From the NCBI GenBank assembly GCA_943788005.1, contig CALSOP010000006.1, positions 32,549 to 96,548 on the forward strand: DNA of 64,000 bases, written 5' to 3'. Each line of letters starts with the position of its first letter. Position 1 is the first letter of the stretch. Origin of the DNA: an uncultured Gammaproteobacteria bacterium (GTDB taxonomy: Bacteria > Pseudomonadota > Gammaproteobacteria > Eutrophobiales > Eutrophobiaceae). A program made the position numbers and the translations under genes. The notes beneath the pieces were generated by a model. That model was not told the origin of the DNA. It saw only the letters and a program-made list of their open reading frames with translations, and ran no database searches. Below, piece by piece: positions 24,806 to 34,659 of the stretch.

Positions 24806-26286
24806 AATTACTCTCGTTCATTGAAAAATCAGGGAACAAACTTCCCGATCCTGCCAGCCTTTTTGTCGTCGGCACGATAACTATTTTTATTCTTTCAACA
24901 CTTATTGCAAATTTGGGTTGGAGCGTTGTTGATCCTAAAGGCAATACGATTATCGCTTTTGATCTCTCATCCTCCGAAGGCGCTTGGTGGTTGTTATCAA
25001 CAATGGTAAAGAACTTCATTAGTTTTCCACCACTCGGCATTGTATTAGTCGGCATGTTAGGAATTGGCCTTGCGGAGAAAACAGGCTTCCTCCCTGCCTT
25101 ATTACATTTTTCAATAACGCATGTTCATCAACGTCTCTTAACACCAGCAACCATGTTTCTGGGCATCATCTCATCGATTGCCTTAGATGCGGGTTATGTT
25201 GTGCTTATCCCAATAGCCGCAGCACTTTACATTGCTGCAGGTCGTTCACCATTAACGGGAATCGCTGTTTCATTTGCAGGTGTTTCAGCAGGTTTTAGTG
25301 CAAACCTATTTATAACCGCGCTGGATCCACTATTAGCCGGATTTACACAAGCAGGCGCACAAATTATTGACGCAGACTATCAAGTTGCTGTCACTGGTAA
25401 CTGGTGGTTTATGATTGTCTCAACCATCATTCTTACTTGCGTAGGCTGTTTCGTAACAGAGCGCTTTGTAGAACCCGCAGTAAAAGGTGTTGCCGATCAA
25501 AATCTCGATGATAATTATAGTGAGCTTAATAAAGCAGAAAGACGAGCCCTACTCTATTCAGTGCTGTCAGTATTTTTATTGTTAATTGTTCTATTTTTCG
25601 CTATCACACTCAGCAATGGACCTCTCTTTGGAGAAGGCAAACGCTTCGACCGCTGGATAGAAGCAACCGTCCCATTGTTGTTTATTCTTTTCTTTATCCC
25701 CGGTTTAATCTACGGCTTGCTGGCAGGTACTGTTAAAAACGATCGTGATGTTGCCAACATGCTCGGTGAGGTTATGGCTCGACTAGGTCCCTATATCGTA
25801 CTGGCATTCTTTGCCGCTCAATTTATAGCCGCTTTTAACCAATCTGGACTTGGCCAAATGCTGGCCATCGCGGGCGGTCAGTTCCTACGTCAACTAATGG
25901 TGCAAGATGCACTGTTACTGAGCTGTTTTGTATTGATGGTCGTAATGATTAACCTTGTAATTGGTTCTTCTTCTGCGAAATACGCTTTTTTTGCCCCGGT
26001 GTTTGTGCCGATGCTGATGCAGATCGGCATAAGCCCCGAACTCACTCAAGCTGCCTATCGTGTCGGCGATTCTGTAAGTAATGTCATTACACCGATGAAC
26101 CCCTATATGATTATCATCATCATTGAGGTACGAAAATACGTCCGCGGTTCCGGACTCGGCACGGTAGTTGCGATGATGTTGCCCTATACCATCGCATTTT
26201 TAATCGTATGGTTAATATTACTGGTTGTATGGGTCAATACCGGTTTACCACTAGGTCCCGGCGGCGGTCTATTCTATAAACTCTAG
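24802..26286 (+). CDS. AbgT family transporter
   Basis: 'IEKSGNKLPDP', 'FPPLGIVLV', 'QAAYRVGDSVSNVITP', C-terminal 'GLPLGPG'. Confidence 0.9.
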   Translation: MKLLSFIEKSGNKLPDPASLFVVGTITIFILSTLIANLGWSVVDPKGNTIIAFDLSSSEGAWWLLSTMVKNFISFPPLGIVLVGMLGIGLAEKTGFLPALLHFSITHVHQRLLTPATMFLGIISSIALDAGYVVLIPIAAALYIAAGRSPLTGIAVSFAGVSAGFSANLFITALDPLLAGFTQAGAQIIDADYQVAVTGNWWFMIVSTIILTCVGCFVTERFVEPAVKGVADQNLDDNYSELNKAERRALLYSVLSVFLLLIVLFFAITLSNGPLFGEGKRFDRWIEATVPLLFILFFIPGLIYGLLAGTVKNDRDVANMLGEVMARLGPYIVLAFFAAQFIAAFNQSGLGQMLAIAGGQFLRQLMVQDALLLSCFVLMVVMINLVIGSSSAKYAFFAPVFVPMLMQIGISPELTQAAYRVGDSVSNVITPMNPYMIIIIIEVRKYVRGSGLGTVVAMMLPYTIAFLIVWLILLVVWVNTGLPLGPGGGLFYKL

Positions 26287-26362
26287 TGAAAACCATGAAT
26301 TATGCTATGATGCGCCCGCTTTCAAATCAGGCGTCCACTTAAAATAGGCTTATATATCAGAA

Positions 26363-26704
26363 ATGTCAGAAAATAATATCTACAAAGTCATCTTTCATAA
26401 TCAAGGCAAGGTATATGAGGTCTATGCTAAAAGCGTACATCACGATGCTATGTTCGGCTTTATTGAGATTGAAGAATTTATCTTTGGCGAAAAAACAACC
26501 GTTGTTGTTGATCCAACTGAAGAGAGTCTTAAAAGTGAATTTGAAGGTGTTGAACGGAGCTTTGTCCCGATGCATTCGATCATTCGTATCGATGAAGTAA
26601 AAAAACAAGGCACAGCAAAAATAACAGACGGTTCATCGACAGATGGAAATGTTATGCCTTTTCCGGTTTATACCAAAACCGGTGGTGATGGTGATTTGAA
26701 ATAA
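26363..26704 (+). CDS. DUF1820 family protein
   Basis: 'IYKVIFHNQGKVYEVYA', 'VVVDPTEESLKSEF', 'PMHSIIRIDEV'. Confidence 0.85.
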   Translation: MSENNIYKVIFHNQGKVYEVYAKSVHHDAMFGFIEIEEFIFGEKTTVVVDPTEESLKSEFEGVERSFVPMHSIIRIDEVKKQGTAKITDGSSTDGNVMPFPVYTKTGGDGDLK

Positions 26705-26773
26705 TCTGGTTTAGAAGACTTGCTGTCTAAGAGCACCATAAGCGACCATTTGTTAAATAGTTGGCATCCAGCT

Positions 26774-27000
26774 TCAGCCCCACTTTGTCGGAACCCACAG
26801 CTTCCTGCTTATATAAGCAAGTAGCGGAAGAACCGTCATCCATGCAACACCCCATCCCCATCCAAACCGTGATGACATCATAACTGCCGGTGCAACAAAA
26901 AACATCAATATAAAACCTACTCCTATCATATATAAGCACTGTAGATGAATGCTTTCTCTAGAAACTGTACTACAGTTCCAATTATTCTCATTATATCCAT
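26774..27000 (-). CDS. Small membrane protein absent from the ORF track (probably one indel at about 26930)
   Basis: 26774..26929 encodes MIGVGFILMFFVAPAVMMSSRFGWGWGVAWMTVLPLLAYISRKLWVPTKWG; an upstream ATG at 27000 with AGGT gives MDIMRIIGTVVQFLEKAFIYSAY in the adjacent frame. Confidence 0.45.
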
Positions 27001-27050
27001 GGGTAGTAACCTAATAGTCGTTTTTAGTCGTTATCTGATACAACATAACC

Positions 27051-28046
27051 CTAGTTCTTTCCCAATAGCGTCGATACGTGCGTTACAACTGCATCTGAAA
27101 TACCTTTCAAATTATAGCCACCTTCCAGTACAGATATTAAACGTCCATCGGCATATTTATCAGCTATCTGCATGACTGTTTTGGTCATTTTCTTGTATGC
27201 AACATCTGTAATATCAAAACATCCGAGTAGATCATGTTCACGGCTATCAAAGCCCGCAGAAACCAAAACCAAATCCGGTTCGAATTTTTCTGCAGCGGGT
27301 AATAAGATATTCTGGAACACCTCGGTTATCATTTTATCATTAGTGCCACAAGGTAAAGCGACGTTGATGTTATAACCTAAACCGGCCCCGCTGCCTTTTT
27401 TTCTTGGATCTCCAGTGCCTGGGTAGGCATTGAGATCATGCGTTGAGAAATAGAGAACACTTGGATCTTCATAGAACATGGCTTCAGTGGCATTACCATG
27501 ATGATAATCCCAATCGACTATCAATATTTTTTTCAATCCGTATTGCTTCTGTGCATAGCGCGCGGCGATAGCAACGTGATTGTAATAACAAAAGCCCTCC
27601 TCCTTGCCGGTATTCAATGCATGGTGCCCGGGTGGGCGAGTAGCGCAAAAAACGTTATTTAATTCATTAGTAGCGACTTTGTCGACAGCCGCTAAACATG
27701 CGCGAACACAGGCTTCTGCTACGCGATGGGCAGCTGGCGTATTTGTCTTTATTGATGCGATATGTGACTCTGTGTGTAACGTTTTAATCCAGTCGCCAAC
27801 ATCATCTTTTAAGCTTACAGTTGTAATTTGATCAAGTAAGCCTGAGTCCTGCATCTCTTTTTGGATGTATTTCAATCTATCTGGTCTTTCAGGATGATCT
27901 GGGGAAATATGATGATCTAAAAACAACGGTTCACTGATATAACCGGTTTTATTGAGTGTTTTTGTCTTATCAAGCGCCAGTAGACGCGATTGATATGACA
28001 ACAAAATTGTTGATAAAACACTCGAAATGAAAGTTCTGCGGTTCAT
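27051..28046 (-). CDS. Histone deacetylase-family amidohydrolase with a Tat-like signal
   Basis: 'HPERPDRL', 'RPPGHH', 'GFCYYN', 'VDWDYHHGN', 'SAGFD', 'LEGGY'; N-terminus MNRRTFISS. Confidence 0.9.
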   Translation of the reverse strand: MNRRTFISSVLSTILLSYQSRLLALDKTKTLNKTGYISEPLFLDHHISPDHPERPDRLKYIQKEMQDSGLLDQITTVSLKDDVGDWIKTLHTESHIASIKTNTPAAHRVAEACVRACLAAVDKVATNELNNVFCATRPPGHHALNTGKEEGFCYYNHVAIAARYAQKQYGLKKILIVDWDYHHGNATEAMFYEDPSVLYFSTHDLNAYPGTGDPRKKGSGAGLGYNINVALPCGTNDKMITEVFQNILLPAAEKFEPDLVLVSAGFDSREHDLLGCFDITDVAYKKMTKTVMQIADKYADGRLISVLEGGYNLKGISDAVVTHVSTLLGKN

Positions 28047-28121
28047 TTTTCCTAGAAAAATTGTTAATTTAGGGCATAGTCTGTATATAGTGCCTTAATA
28101 TAAACGATTTTTTAGTCTCAT

Positions 28122-28673
28122 ATGAATATTAATTTAAGCGTGAAGCTAGTGATAAATAGTCTCCAGAACAGCTCTCTGGCGCTTTTACTCGTGCTTATTT
28201 TACTACTTTCATCCTTTTCAGTATCAGCAGAATGGAAAGTAATCACTCATACAGACACAAATAACGAGACTCAAACTCAAGTTGCTTTTTCTGAGAATAA
28301 AGACGGCTATAGTCTTGAAATATACAAAGATAGCGTGGGAGCGATTCGCACACGATTCAGCTTGAATACTGAACTAGACATGTTTGCAAAGCGCACCTGC
28401 CCAACCTATCAGATTGACACCAGGTTGATTGATAACCGGTCAATTAATGATGCGCCTTGTTTGACTGATATGGTTTGGAGTGAATTTGTTTTGGGTTATG
28501 TTAATAACTTCAATGTCACTTCAGAAAAACTTAATGCATTAATGAACGGCAGCACAGTTACTTTCCGCTTTATGCTCGAAAATGGCAGCTACATGGAAAC
28601 ACAGTTTTCTCTAGCGGGTTCAAAAAGAGCAACTCTTAGCGTCCTCGGTAATAACATCACAATTACTCCCTGA
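28122..28673 (+). CDS. Exported hypothetical protein
   Basis: Hydrophobic signal ending SVSA-EW; two Cys; no family recognised. Confidence 0.6.
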   Translation: MNINLSVKLVINSLQNSSLALLLVLILLLSSFSVSAEWKVITHTDTNNETQTQVAFSENKDGYSLEIYKDSVGAIRTRFSLNTELDMFAKRTCPTYQIDTRLIDNRSINDAPCLTDMVWSEFVLGYVNNFNVTSEKLNALMNGSTVTFRFMLENGSYMETQFSLAGSKRATLSVLGNNITITP

Positions 28674-28686
28674 GTTATTTTAGAAG

Positions 28687-29820
28687 ATGTTCAATTGGCG
28701 TGTCGTCGATGACCTTGGCACTATCACTCCTGCTCAGTGGCAAGTATTAGATACTCAGGATAATCCATTCCTCTCATACGCCTTTCTATCCGGTCTTGAA
28801 AAATTTGATTGTTTAAAGAATCAAAACTGGCAGCCCTGTCATATTGTCATTGAAGAAAACAACGAACTACTTGGATTTATGCCCTTATATATCAAGGAAG
28901 ATTCGTATGGAGAATTTGTCTTTGATTGGGCTTGGGCCGATGCTTATCAGCAAGCAGGCAGAAATTACTATCCTAAACTCGTATCAGCAATTCCATTTAC
29001 ACCTGTTGGCGGCACAAGACTATTAATCAATAAATCACACGACAGTAAAACGATTAAACATGCACTATTAAATGCGGCATTAGGCTTGATGGATGAAAAG
29101 CTTTATTCGTCTCTGCATATATTATTCCCTGAGAAAGATGATCTAGTTGTGTTAACAGATAGCGCAGCATTAAAGCGAATTACCATTCAGTATCACTGGC
29201 TTAACAAAGGCTATCGTGATTTCCAGGATTTCACTGATTCTTTAACATCGAAAAAACGCAAAAAAATAATTAAAGAACGTCGCGATATCAAAAACTCAGG
29301 GGTTGAGATTGAACGTTTAAATGGCGATGAAATTAGCAGTGAACAATGGAATGCTTTTTATCAGTTTTACTGCCGGACATTTTATAGTAAATGGGGTGAG
29401 CCACGACTGACTCTGGATTTCTTCAAGTCCCTCGGCAAAGCCTTGTCAGAGCAAACATTATTGGTAATGGCCAAAAAGGATAATGATTATATTGCCGGTG
29501 CATTTGCCATGTCTGATCTAAATACGCTCTATGGTCGCCACTGGGGCTGTAGCCAGTACGTGCCCTATTTGCATTTTGAACTATGCTATTATCAGACAAT
29601 AGAATATACGATAGAAAGACAATTGGAACGTCTTGACGCAGGGGTACAGGGAGAACATAAATTAGCTCGCGGATTCCATCCGATTGCTATGCCCTCTGCT
29701 CATTGGGTTAGGGAAGAAGACTTTCGTAATGCTATAGCTAACTATCTCGACAGAGAGACGACTATGATGCAAGAGCACATTGAAATGCTCGAATCGCACC
29801 TGCCGTTTAAGTTGGAATAA
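28687..29820 (+). CDS. GNAT/FemAB-like protein (DUF482)
   Basis: 'SYGEFVFDWAWADAY', 'YYPKLVSAIPFTP', 'LYGRHWG', 'LHFELCYYQ', 'AGVQGEHKLARGF'. Confidence 0.88.
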   Translation: MFNWRVVDDLGTITPAQWQVLDTQDNPFLSYAFLSGLEKFDCLKNQNWQPCHIVIEENNELLGFMPLYIKEDSYGEFVFDWAWADAYQQAGRNYYPKLVSAIPFTPVGGTRLLINKSHDSKTIKHALLNAALGLMDEKLYSSLHILFPEKDDLVVLTDSAALKRITIQYHWLNKGYRDFQDFTDSLTSKKRKKIIKERRDIKNSGVEIERLNGDEISSEQWNAFYQFYCRTFYSKWGEPRLTLDFFKSLGKALSEQTLLVMAKKDNDYIAGAFAMSDLNTLYGRHWGCSQYVPYLHFELCYYQTIEYTIERQLERLDAGVQGEHKLARGFHPIAMPSAHWVREEDFRNAIANYLDRETTMMQEHIEMLESHLPFKLE

Positions 29821-29824
29821 CTGT

Positions 29825-30550
29825 ATGACAGTAACAAATAACCAAGAAGCTTCAAACAAACTTTATTGGGTAAAACAAAACCTTCTAGCAACAGGTTTCC
29901 CAGATGTTGAAGAAGCTCTCCGTGACCCTGATGGATTGATCGCGATTGGTGGTGATCTGACTGAAAAACGCTTACTTGACGCCTATCCTCGTGGTATTTT
30001 TCCCTGGTTTAATCAAGGTCAACCTATTTTGTGGTGGTCACCCGATCCGAGATGCATTTTAGAAATTAGTGAATTAAAAATCTCTCGTAGTTTGGCAAAA
30101 ACTCTGCGAAAGGGCCGATTCAAAGTCACCTTTAACACGGCATTTGTTGACGTGCTTGAAGGCTGCGCCGCCGCCCGTAATGGCGTGAGTGACACCTGGA
30201 TAACAAATGACATCAAGCTCGCTTATCTGAAGCTCTTTAAAATGGGCTACGCGCATTCAGTAGAATGCTGGCTCGACAAAAAACTTGTTGGTGGTTTATA
30301 TGGCCTTGCAATGGGCAAGGTTTTCTTTGGTGAATCCATGTTCAGCCGTGAATCAGATGCGTCTAAGGTTTCTTTGGTATATTTAGTGCATAATCTAGAA
30401 AGTATGAATTTTAGAATAATCGACTGTCAGGTACATTCGGTTCATCTACAGTCACTAGGTGCGAAACCGGTACCGAGGGCTCTATTTACCAATATCCTTG
30501 ACAATTATTGCAGTCATGAAAAAATAGATCGCTGGCAACCCAATATTTAA
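29825..30550 (+). CDS. aat: Leucyl/phenylalanyl-tRNA--protein transferase
   Basis: 'GLIAIGGDL', 'GIFPWF', 'WWSPDPR', 'AHSVECW', 'FFGESMFS'. Confidence 0.95.
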   Translation: MTVTNNQEASNKLYWVKQNLLATGFPDVEEALRDPDGLIAIGGDLTEKRLLDAYPRGIFPWFNQGQPILWWSPDPRCILEISELKISRSLAKTLRKGRFKVTFNTAFVDVLEGCAAARNGVSDTWITNDIKLAYLKLFKMGYAHSVECWLDKKLVGGLYGLAMGKVFFGESMFSRESDASKVSLVYLVHNLESMNFRIIDCQVHSVHLQSLGAKPVPRALFTNILDNYCSHEKIDRWQPNI

Positions 30551-30555
30551 TTCCC

Positions 30556-31302
30556 GTGGATGATCAATCACATAAACTCAGATTCTTTATAACTTCACCA
30601 CATTCCTGCAATTATCTGGATGATCGTGAAGCGACTAGCGTTTTTGCCGATCCTTATTTTCCAAAAGATAAAGCACTATATTCAAGGCTCGTTTCTAGCG
30701 GTTTCAGGCGCAGCGGCGAACACCTCTACAAACCACATTGTATGAATTGTTCAGAATGTGTTCCTGTTCGTATTCCTGTTGATGAATTCAAAATGCGACG
30801 CAACCAAAAGAGAACCTGGAAGATAAATCAGGATTTGAGCATAGAAAAATCCAAGGCCACGTTTAAAGAAGATCACTTTCTACTTTATCAAAAATATCAA
30901 TCGGAACGTCATCCCAATGGCGGCATGGATAATTCTAGCAGAGATGATTATATAGAATTCCTTCTGGCGACCTGGTCAGATAGTTATTTATATGAATTTC
31001 GACTTGGTGATAAGCTCGTTGCTGTTTCTGTGGTCGATGAATTGGAAGATGCCTATTCCGCTATATACACCTTTTTTGATACCGATTTACAGCAACGTAG
31101 TCTGGGTAAATTCGCTATCCTGGCTCTCATTGAGCAATCAAAACTAGATGGGTTTTCATCACTTTATTTAGGTTATTGGATTTCATCTTGTGACAAAATG
31201 AAATACAAGATCGATTATCAGCCTATAGAATGCCTAATTGATGAAGAATGGAAGAAATTCAACACTTTATCGCTTAATGACTTTGCAGTAGACCAAAATT
31301 AG
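30556..31302 (+). CDS. bpt: Arginyltransferase-like aspartate/glutamate leucyltransferase (Ate/Bpt)
   Basis: 'PHSCNYL', 'GFRRSG..LYKPHC..C..C', 'LYLGYWI..C.KMKYK'. Confidence 0.88.
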   Translation: MDDQSHKLRFFITSPHSCNYLDDREATSVFADPYFPKDKALYSRLVSSGFRRSGEHLYKPHCMNCSECVPVRIPVDEFKMRRNQKRTWKINQDLSIEKSKATFKEDHFLLYQKYQSERHPNGGMDNSSRDDYIEFLLATWSDSYLYEFRLGDKLVAVSVVDELEDAYSAIYTFFDTDLQQRSLGKFAILALIEQSKLDGFSSLYLGYWISSCDKMKYKIDYQPIECLIDEEWKKFNTLSLNDFAVDQN

Positions 31303-31337
31303 TGCAGAATTCGCCCTTTTTAATTAACGAGGGCTAT

Positions 31338-31556
31338 ATGGCAAAAGAAGACCAGATTGAGATGGAAGGCACTGTCGTTGAGACGTTACCTAACACCATG
31401 TTCCGAGTAGAGTTGGAAAACGGACACATAATTACCGCACATATCTCAGGAAAAATGCGCAAGCATTACATCCGTATCCTAACTGGCGATAAAGTTACAG
31501 TTGAAATGACGCCGTATGATTTGAGTAAAGGCCGAATTACCTACAGGGCCAGATAG
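31338..31556 (+). CDS. infA: Translation initiation factor IF-1
   Basis: [30 protein letters not shown]...GRITYRAR. Confidence 0.97.
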   Translation: MAKEDQIEMEGTVVETLPNTMFRVELENGHIITAHISGKMRKHYIRILTGDKVTVEMTPYDLSKGRITYRAR

Positions 31557-31563
31557 TCCAATC

Positions 31564-32298
31564 TTATTTTTTCGATCTAGCTAATTCCAGATCAGCTGCA
31601 GAATCAACCCCAATCCCTGTTTTATCTACTGCAATATCTACATGGATTTTCCCGCCGTTATAAAGAACGCGTAATTGTTCAAGCGCTTCGGCTTGCTCTA
31701 TTGCACAGGGTGCCAATTTAGTAAATTCCTGAAGATAACCTGCTCGATAGGCGTAAAGACCAATATGTCTGTATGCTTGCTCAGGTAGTCCTCCTGTTCG
31801 ATTCAAAGGTATCGGTGAACGACTGAAATAAATTGCCGTATTGCGTTTATCAAAAAGAACCTTGACCACATTCTGATCAATAAATTCATCCAAAGTATTA
31901 ATGCGCTCACATAACGTTGCCATTTGATTATCGGGATTGTCATATAAATTTGACGCGACCTGATCAATTAACGTAACCGGCAATCCAAATTCATCGCCCT
32001 GAAGATTGACGACAACATCATTGTCATCTAGCTCAAGTTCCCTTACTGCTTCGGCTATTCTATCCGTGCCAGATTCATGTTCATTTGAAGTCATAATCAC
32101 TGACGCGCCAAATGATTCAGCAGCGTCAGCTATCCTGCGGTCATCTGTTGCAATAGTGATGCTTTTTGCTTGTGCCTGCGTTGCAGTTTCGTACACATGT
32201 TGCAGTAATGGTTTGCCTTTAATTTCCAATAAAGGTTTGCCTGGTAATCGAGTCGAAGCGTATCGTGCGGGAATGATAATACTGAAAGGCTCTGACAT
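31564..32298 (-). CDS. kdsB: 3-deoxy-manno-octulosonate cytidylyltransferase
   Basis: 'IIIPARYASTRLPGKPL', 'HESGTDRIAE', 'VNLQGDE', 'EALEQLRVL'. Confidence 0.95.
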   Translation of the reverse strand: MSEPFSIIIPARYASTRLPGKPLLEIKGKPLLQHVYETATQAQAKSITIATDDRRIADAAESFGASVIMTSNEHESGTDRIAEAVRELELDDNDVVVNLQGDEFGLPVTLIDQVASNLYDNPDNQMATLCERINTLDEFIDQNVVKVLFDKRNTAIYFSRSPIPLNRTGGLPEQAYRHIGLYAYRAGYLQEFTKLAPCAIEQAEALEQLRVLYNGGKIHVDIAVDKTGIGVDSAADLELARSKK

Positions 32299-32309
32299 TG
32301 ACACTGGCA

Positions 32310-32498
32310 CTACTTCAACTTTCCCGCTTCTTCATCACTAATCATCCTGGCCTGATCTTCCAACATCACGGGTATGCCATCACGTATTGGATAAGCAAGT
32401 CGTGCAGATTTAGAAATCAATTCCTGATTTTCTTTATCATAATGCAACGGCCCTTTAGTTACCGGGCAAACAAGAATCTCAAGTAGTTTTTTGTCCAT
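32310..32498 (-). CDS. ycaR: Trm112-like protein (YcaR)
   Basis: '[14 protein letters not shown]', '[13 protein letters not shown]'. Confidence 0.9.
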   Translation of the reverse strand: MDKKLLEILVCPVTKGPLHYDKENQELISKSARLAYPIRDGIPVMLEDQARMISDEEAGKLK

Positions 32499-33483
32499 CA
32501 ATAATATCCTTCATTAGGGCTTCAAGCCGATAAATAAATGAATCTGGTAATGTCGCCGAAATCGGCAAATACCAATGATTTTTTGTAGCGAAGTCACTAC
32601 ATTTTATAGCATCTTTCTCAGTCATAACCACTGGCAAACTATCATCAAAATTAACATCATTTTTTGTAAATGGATAATGATCAGGAAATTCGTGATTAAT
32701 AATATGTAATTTGTTATTCCTCAAATATGAATAATATCGATCTGGATTTCCAATGCCCGATATTGCATGGACACTCTGTCCATGCAAACTAGAAACAGGG
32801 ATAGTGTGTTCAGGATCTAATAATGACACTAGATCACCATATTTGTATTCCATCTTGTACTCATGGCGACCGGCAATGTATTTGCTGACCACAAGATCAA
32901 CGCTGTCTAATCGACTTATTGGCTCGCGCAATGGGCCTGCGGGCAAGCATCGCCCATTACCAAAACGGCGCTGGCCATCAATAACCGCAATCTCAATATC
33001 TCTGCCAAGTGAATAGTGTTGCATACCATCATCACAGAGAATTAAATCGCAATCACAATATTCAATCAATTCCTCTGCAGCTTTTCTCCTTTGTACTGCG
33101 ATAGCAACAGGGCAATTAGTTCTTTTGGCAATCAATACTGGTTCGTCACCGACTAATGCTGGATTGCTATCTGCTCTCACTTGTTGGCTCTTGCCCGAGA
33201 GTTTGCCACCATAGCCACGACTGATAATTCCGGGATTAAAACCTTTTTCCTTGAAATAATCTGCAAGCCAAATAACTAGCGGTGTCTTTCCTGTACCACC
33301 TACTGAAATATTACCGACAATGATGACAGGTACATCAATGTGATTGACGGCTATCAGACCTGATTGATAGCACAGCCGTCGCAGAATGATAATCAGACTA
33401 TAGAGCCAGCTTAAGGGTAAGAGGACAATACCAAGAGGATGTTTGGTGTACCAAATATTTTCTATAGATTCTTTCGTCAACAT
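32479..33483 (-). CDS. lpxK: Tetraacyldisaccharide 4'-kinase
   Basis: '[13 protein letters not shown]', 'ISRGYGG', 'GDEP', 'DDGMQH', 'MTEKDAIK'. Confidence 0.95.
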   Translation of the reverse strand: MLTKESIENIWYTKHPLGIVLLPLSWLYSLIIILRRLCYQSGLIAVNHIDVPVIIVGNISVGGTGKTPLVIWLADYFKEKGFNPGIISRGYGGKLSGKSQQVRADSNPALVGDEPVLIAKRTNCPVAIAVQRRKAAEELIEYCDCDLILCDDGMQHYSLGRDIEIAVIDGQRRFGNGRCLPAGPLREPISRLDSVDLVVSKYIAGRHEYKMEYKYGDLVSLLDPEHTIPVSSLHGQSVHAISGIGNPDRYYSYLRNNKLHIINHEFPDHYPFTKNDVNFDDSLPVVMTEKDAIKCSDFATKNHWYLPISATLPDSFIYRLEALMKDIIDGQKTT

Positions 33484-33541
33484 AGTTAGTTTGACGTTGT
33501 CAAAGTTGATTTAAAATAAACCACATCTTTTAAAGCGCCGT

Positions 33542-33961
33542 TTATTCATCCTGCAATTCTTGCGTTGCAAATGTAATCTTCACCAAACCTAATTGGCGAG
33601 CAGCATCCATTACCCTGACAACTGATTGATGAGTGGCATTTGAATCGGCACTGATAATAACGGGCGGCTCATTTAACCCAACCAAGGCATCTGACAATGC
33701 CGCTTTAATCGTCTCTAGCTGGGCATTTACCAGTGATCTATCATTGATATAGACATTACCTTGCGCATCCAAACCAACATTCACCGCATCAGGTTTTGCT
33801 TCTGTCACCTCTTTTGATGAACTAGGCAAAGTGATATTAATTTCCGAATTGTGTTCAAACGTAGTCGAGACCATAAAAAATATTAATAATAAAAACACCA
33901 CATCAATCAGTGGTGTGATATCCAGATCTACTTCATCGCGCCTTTCAGATCGAAAATTCAT
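33542..33961 (-). CDS. exbD: Biopolymer transporter ExbD/TolR family protein
   Basis: 'DITPLIDVVFLLLIFFMV'. Confidence 0.88.
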   Translation of the reverse strand: MNFRSERRDEVDLDITPLIDVVFLLLIFFMVSTTFEHNSEINITLPSSSKEVTEAKPDAVNVGLDAQGNVYINDRSLVNAQLETIKAALSDALVGLNEPPVIISADSNATHQSVVRVMDAARQLGLVKITFATQELQDE

Positions 33962-34593
33962 TCTTTAGATCCTGCTTCAATTTCGCTTTCGCGTATTCCA
34001 TGCATGACTTCAACCATTTTTAGTGCCTCTTGTTCCATGGTAATGATTAAACCGTCTATTTTTCCGCGAAAAAACCGATGAAACATCAAACTTGGTATTG
34101 CCACGGATAGGCCTGCTGCAGTTGTTATCAAGGCTTCAGAAATACCTTCAGATAAAATACTAGGATCACCAACTCCCAAAGATGTGATTACAGTAAATAC
34201 TTTAATCATGCCGATTACCGTTCCTAATAAACCCAATAAAGGGCTTATAGAGGCAATTGTTCCCAGTGTATTTAGAAATCGTTCCAGATCGTGAGCAACA
34301 TGGCGACCTGTTTCCTCTATACTCTCTTTCATGATTTCGCGTGAATGGTTTCGATTGACCAATCCCGCTGCCAAAACCATTCCTAAAGGAGAACTATTGC
34401 GTAAGTCCTGAATACGTTTCTTATCCAGATGCCCGACCTTTTGCCATTGCCAAACCTTGGCAACCAGGTTTTTTGGTACAATTTTTATTTCTCTAAGGGA
34501 CCAGAATCGCTCCCCAATAATGGCCATTGCTATGATTGAACACAATATGATCGGCCACATAAGTAGACCACCGGCCTTGATTAATTCAAGCAC
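33958..34593 (-). CDS. exbB: MotA/TolQ/ExbB proton channel family protein
   Basis: 'LGTIASISPLLGLLGTVIGMI', 'GISEALITTAAGL'. Confidence 0.88.
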   Translation of the reverse strand: MLELIKAGGLLMWPIILCSIIAMAIIGERFWSLREIKIVPKNLVAKVWQWQKVGHLDKKRIQDLRNSSPLGMVLAAGLVNRNHSREIMKESIEETGRHVAHDLERFLNTLGTIASISPLLGLLGTVIGMIKVFTVITSLGVGDPSILSEGISEALITTAAGLSVAIPSLMFHRFFRGKIDGLIITMEQEALKMVEVMHGIRESEIEAGSKE

Positions 34594-34659
34594 GTTATCT
34601 CACTCCAAATTTTTATTATTAATTGCGAACTCGATCAGATGAATCTGCATGGTATCACC

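Noticed and set aside
26727-26939. Cys-rich 70-aa ORF (MLIYDRSRF...) as a RiPP or metal-binding peptide
   Set aside because: It overlaps a more protein-like membrane frame on the same strand and no modification enzymes are adjacent.
33483-33542. msbA missing between exbD and lpxK
   Set aside because: The comEC-exbB-exbD-lpxK-ycaR-kdsB order without msbA is already known, for example in pseudomonads.
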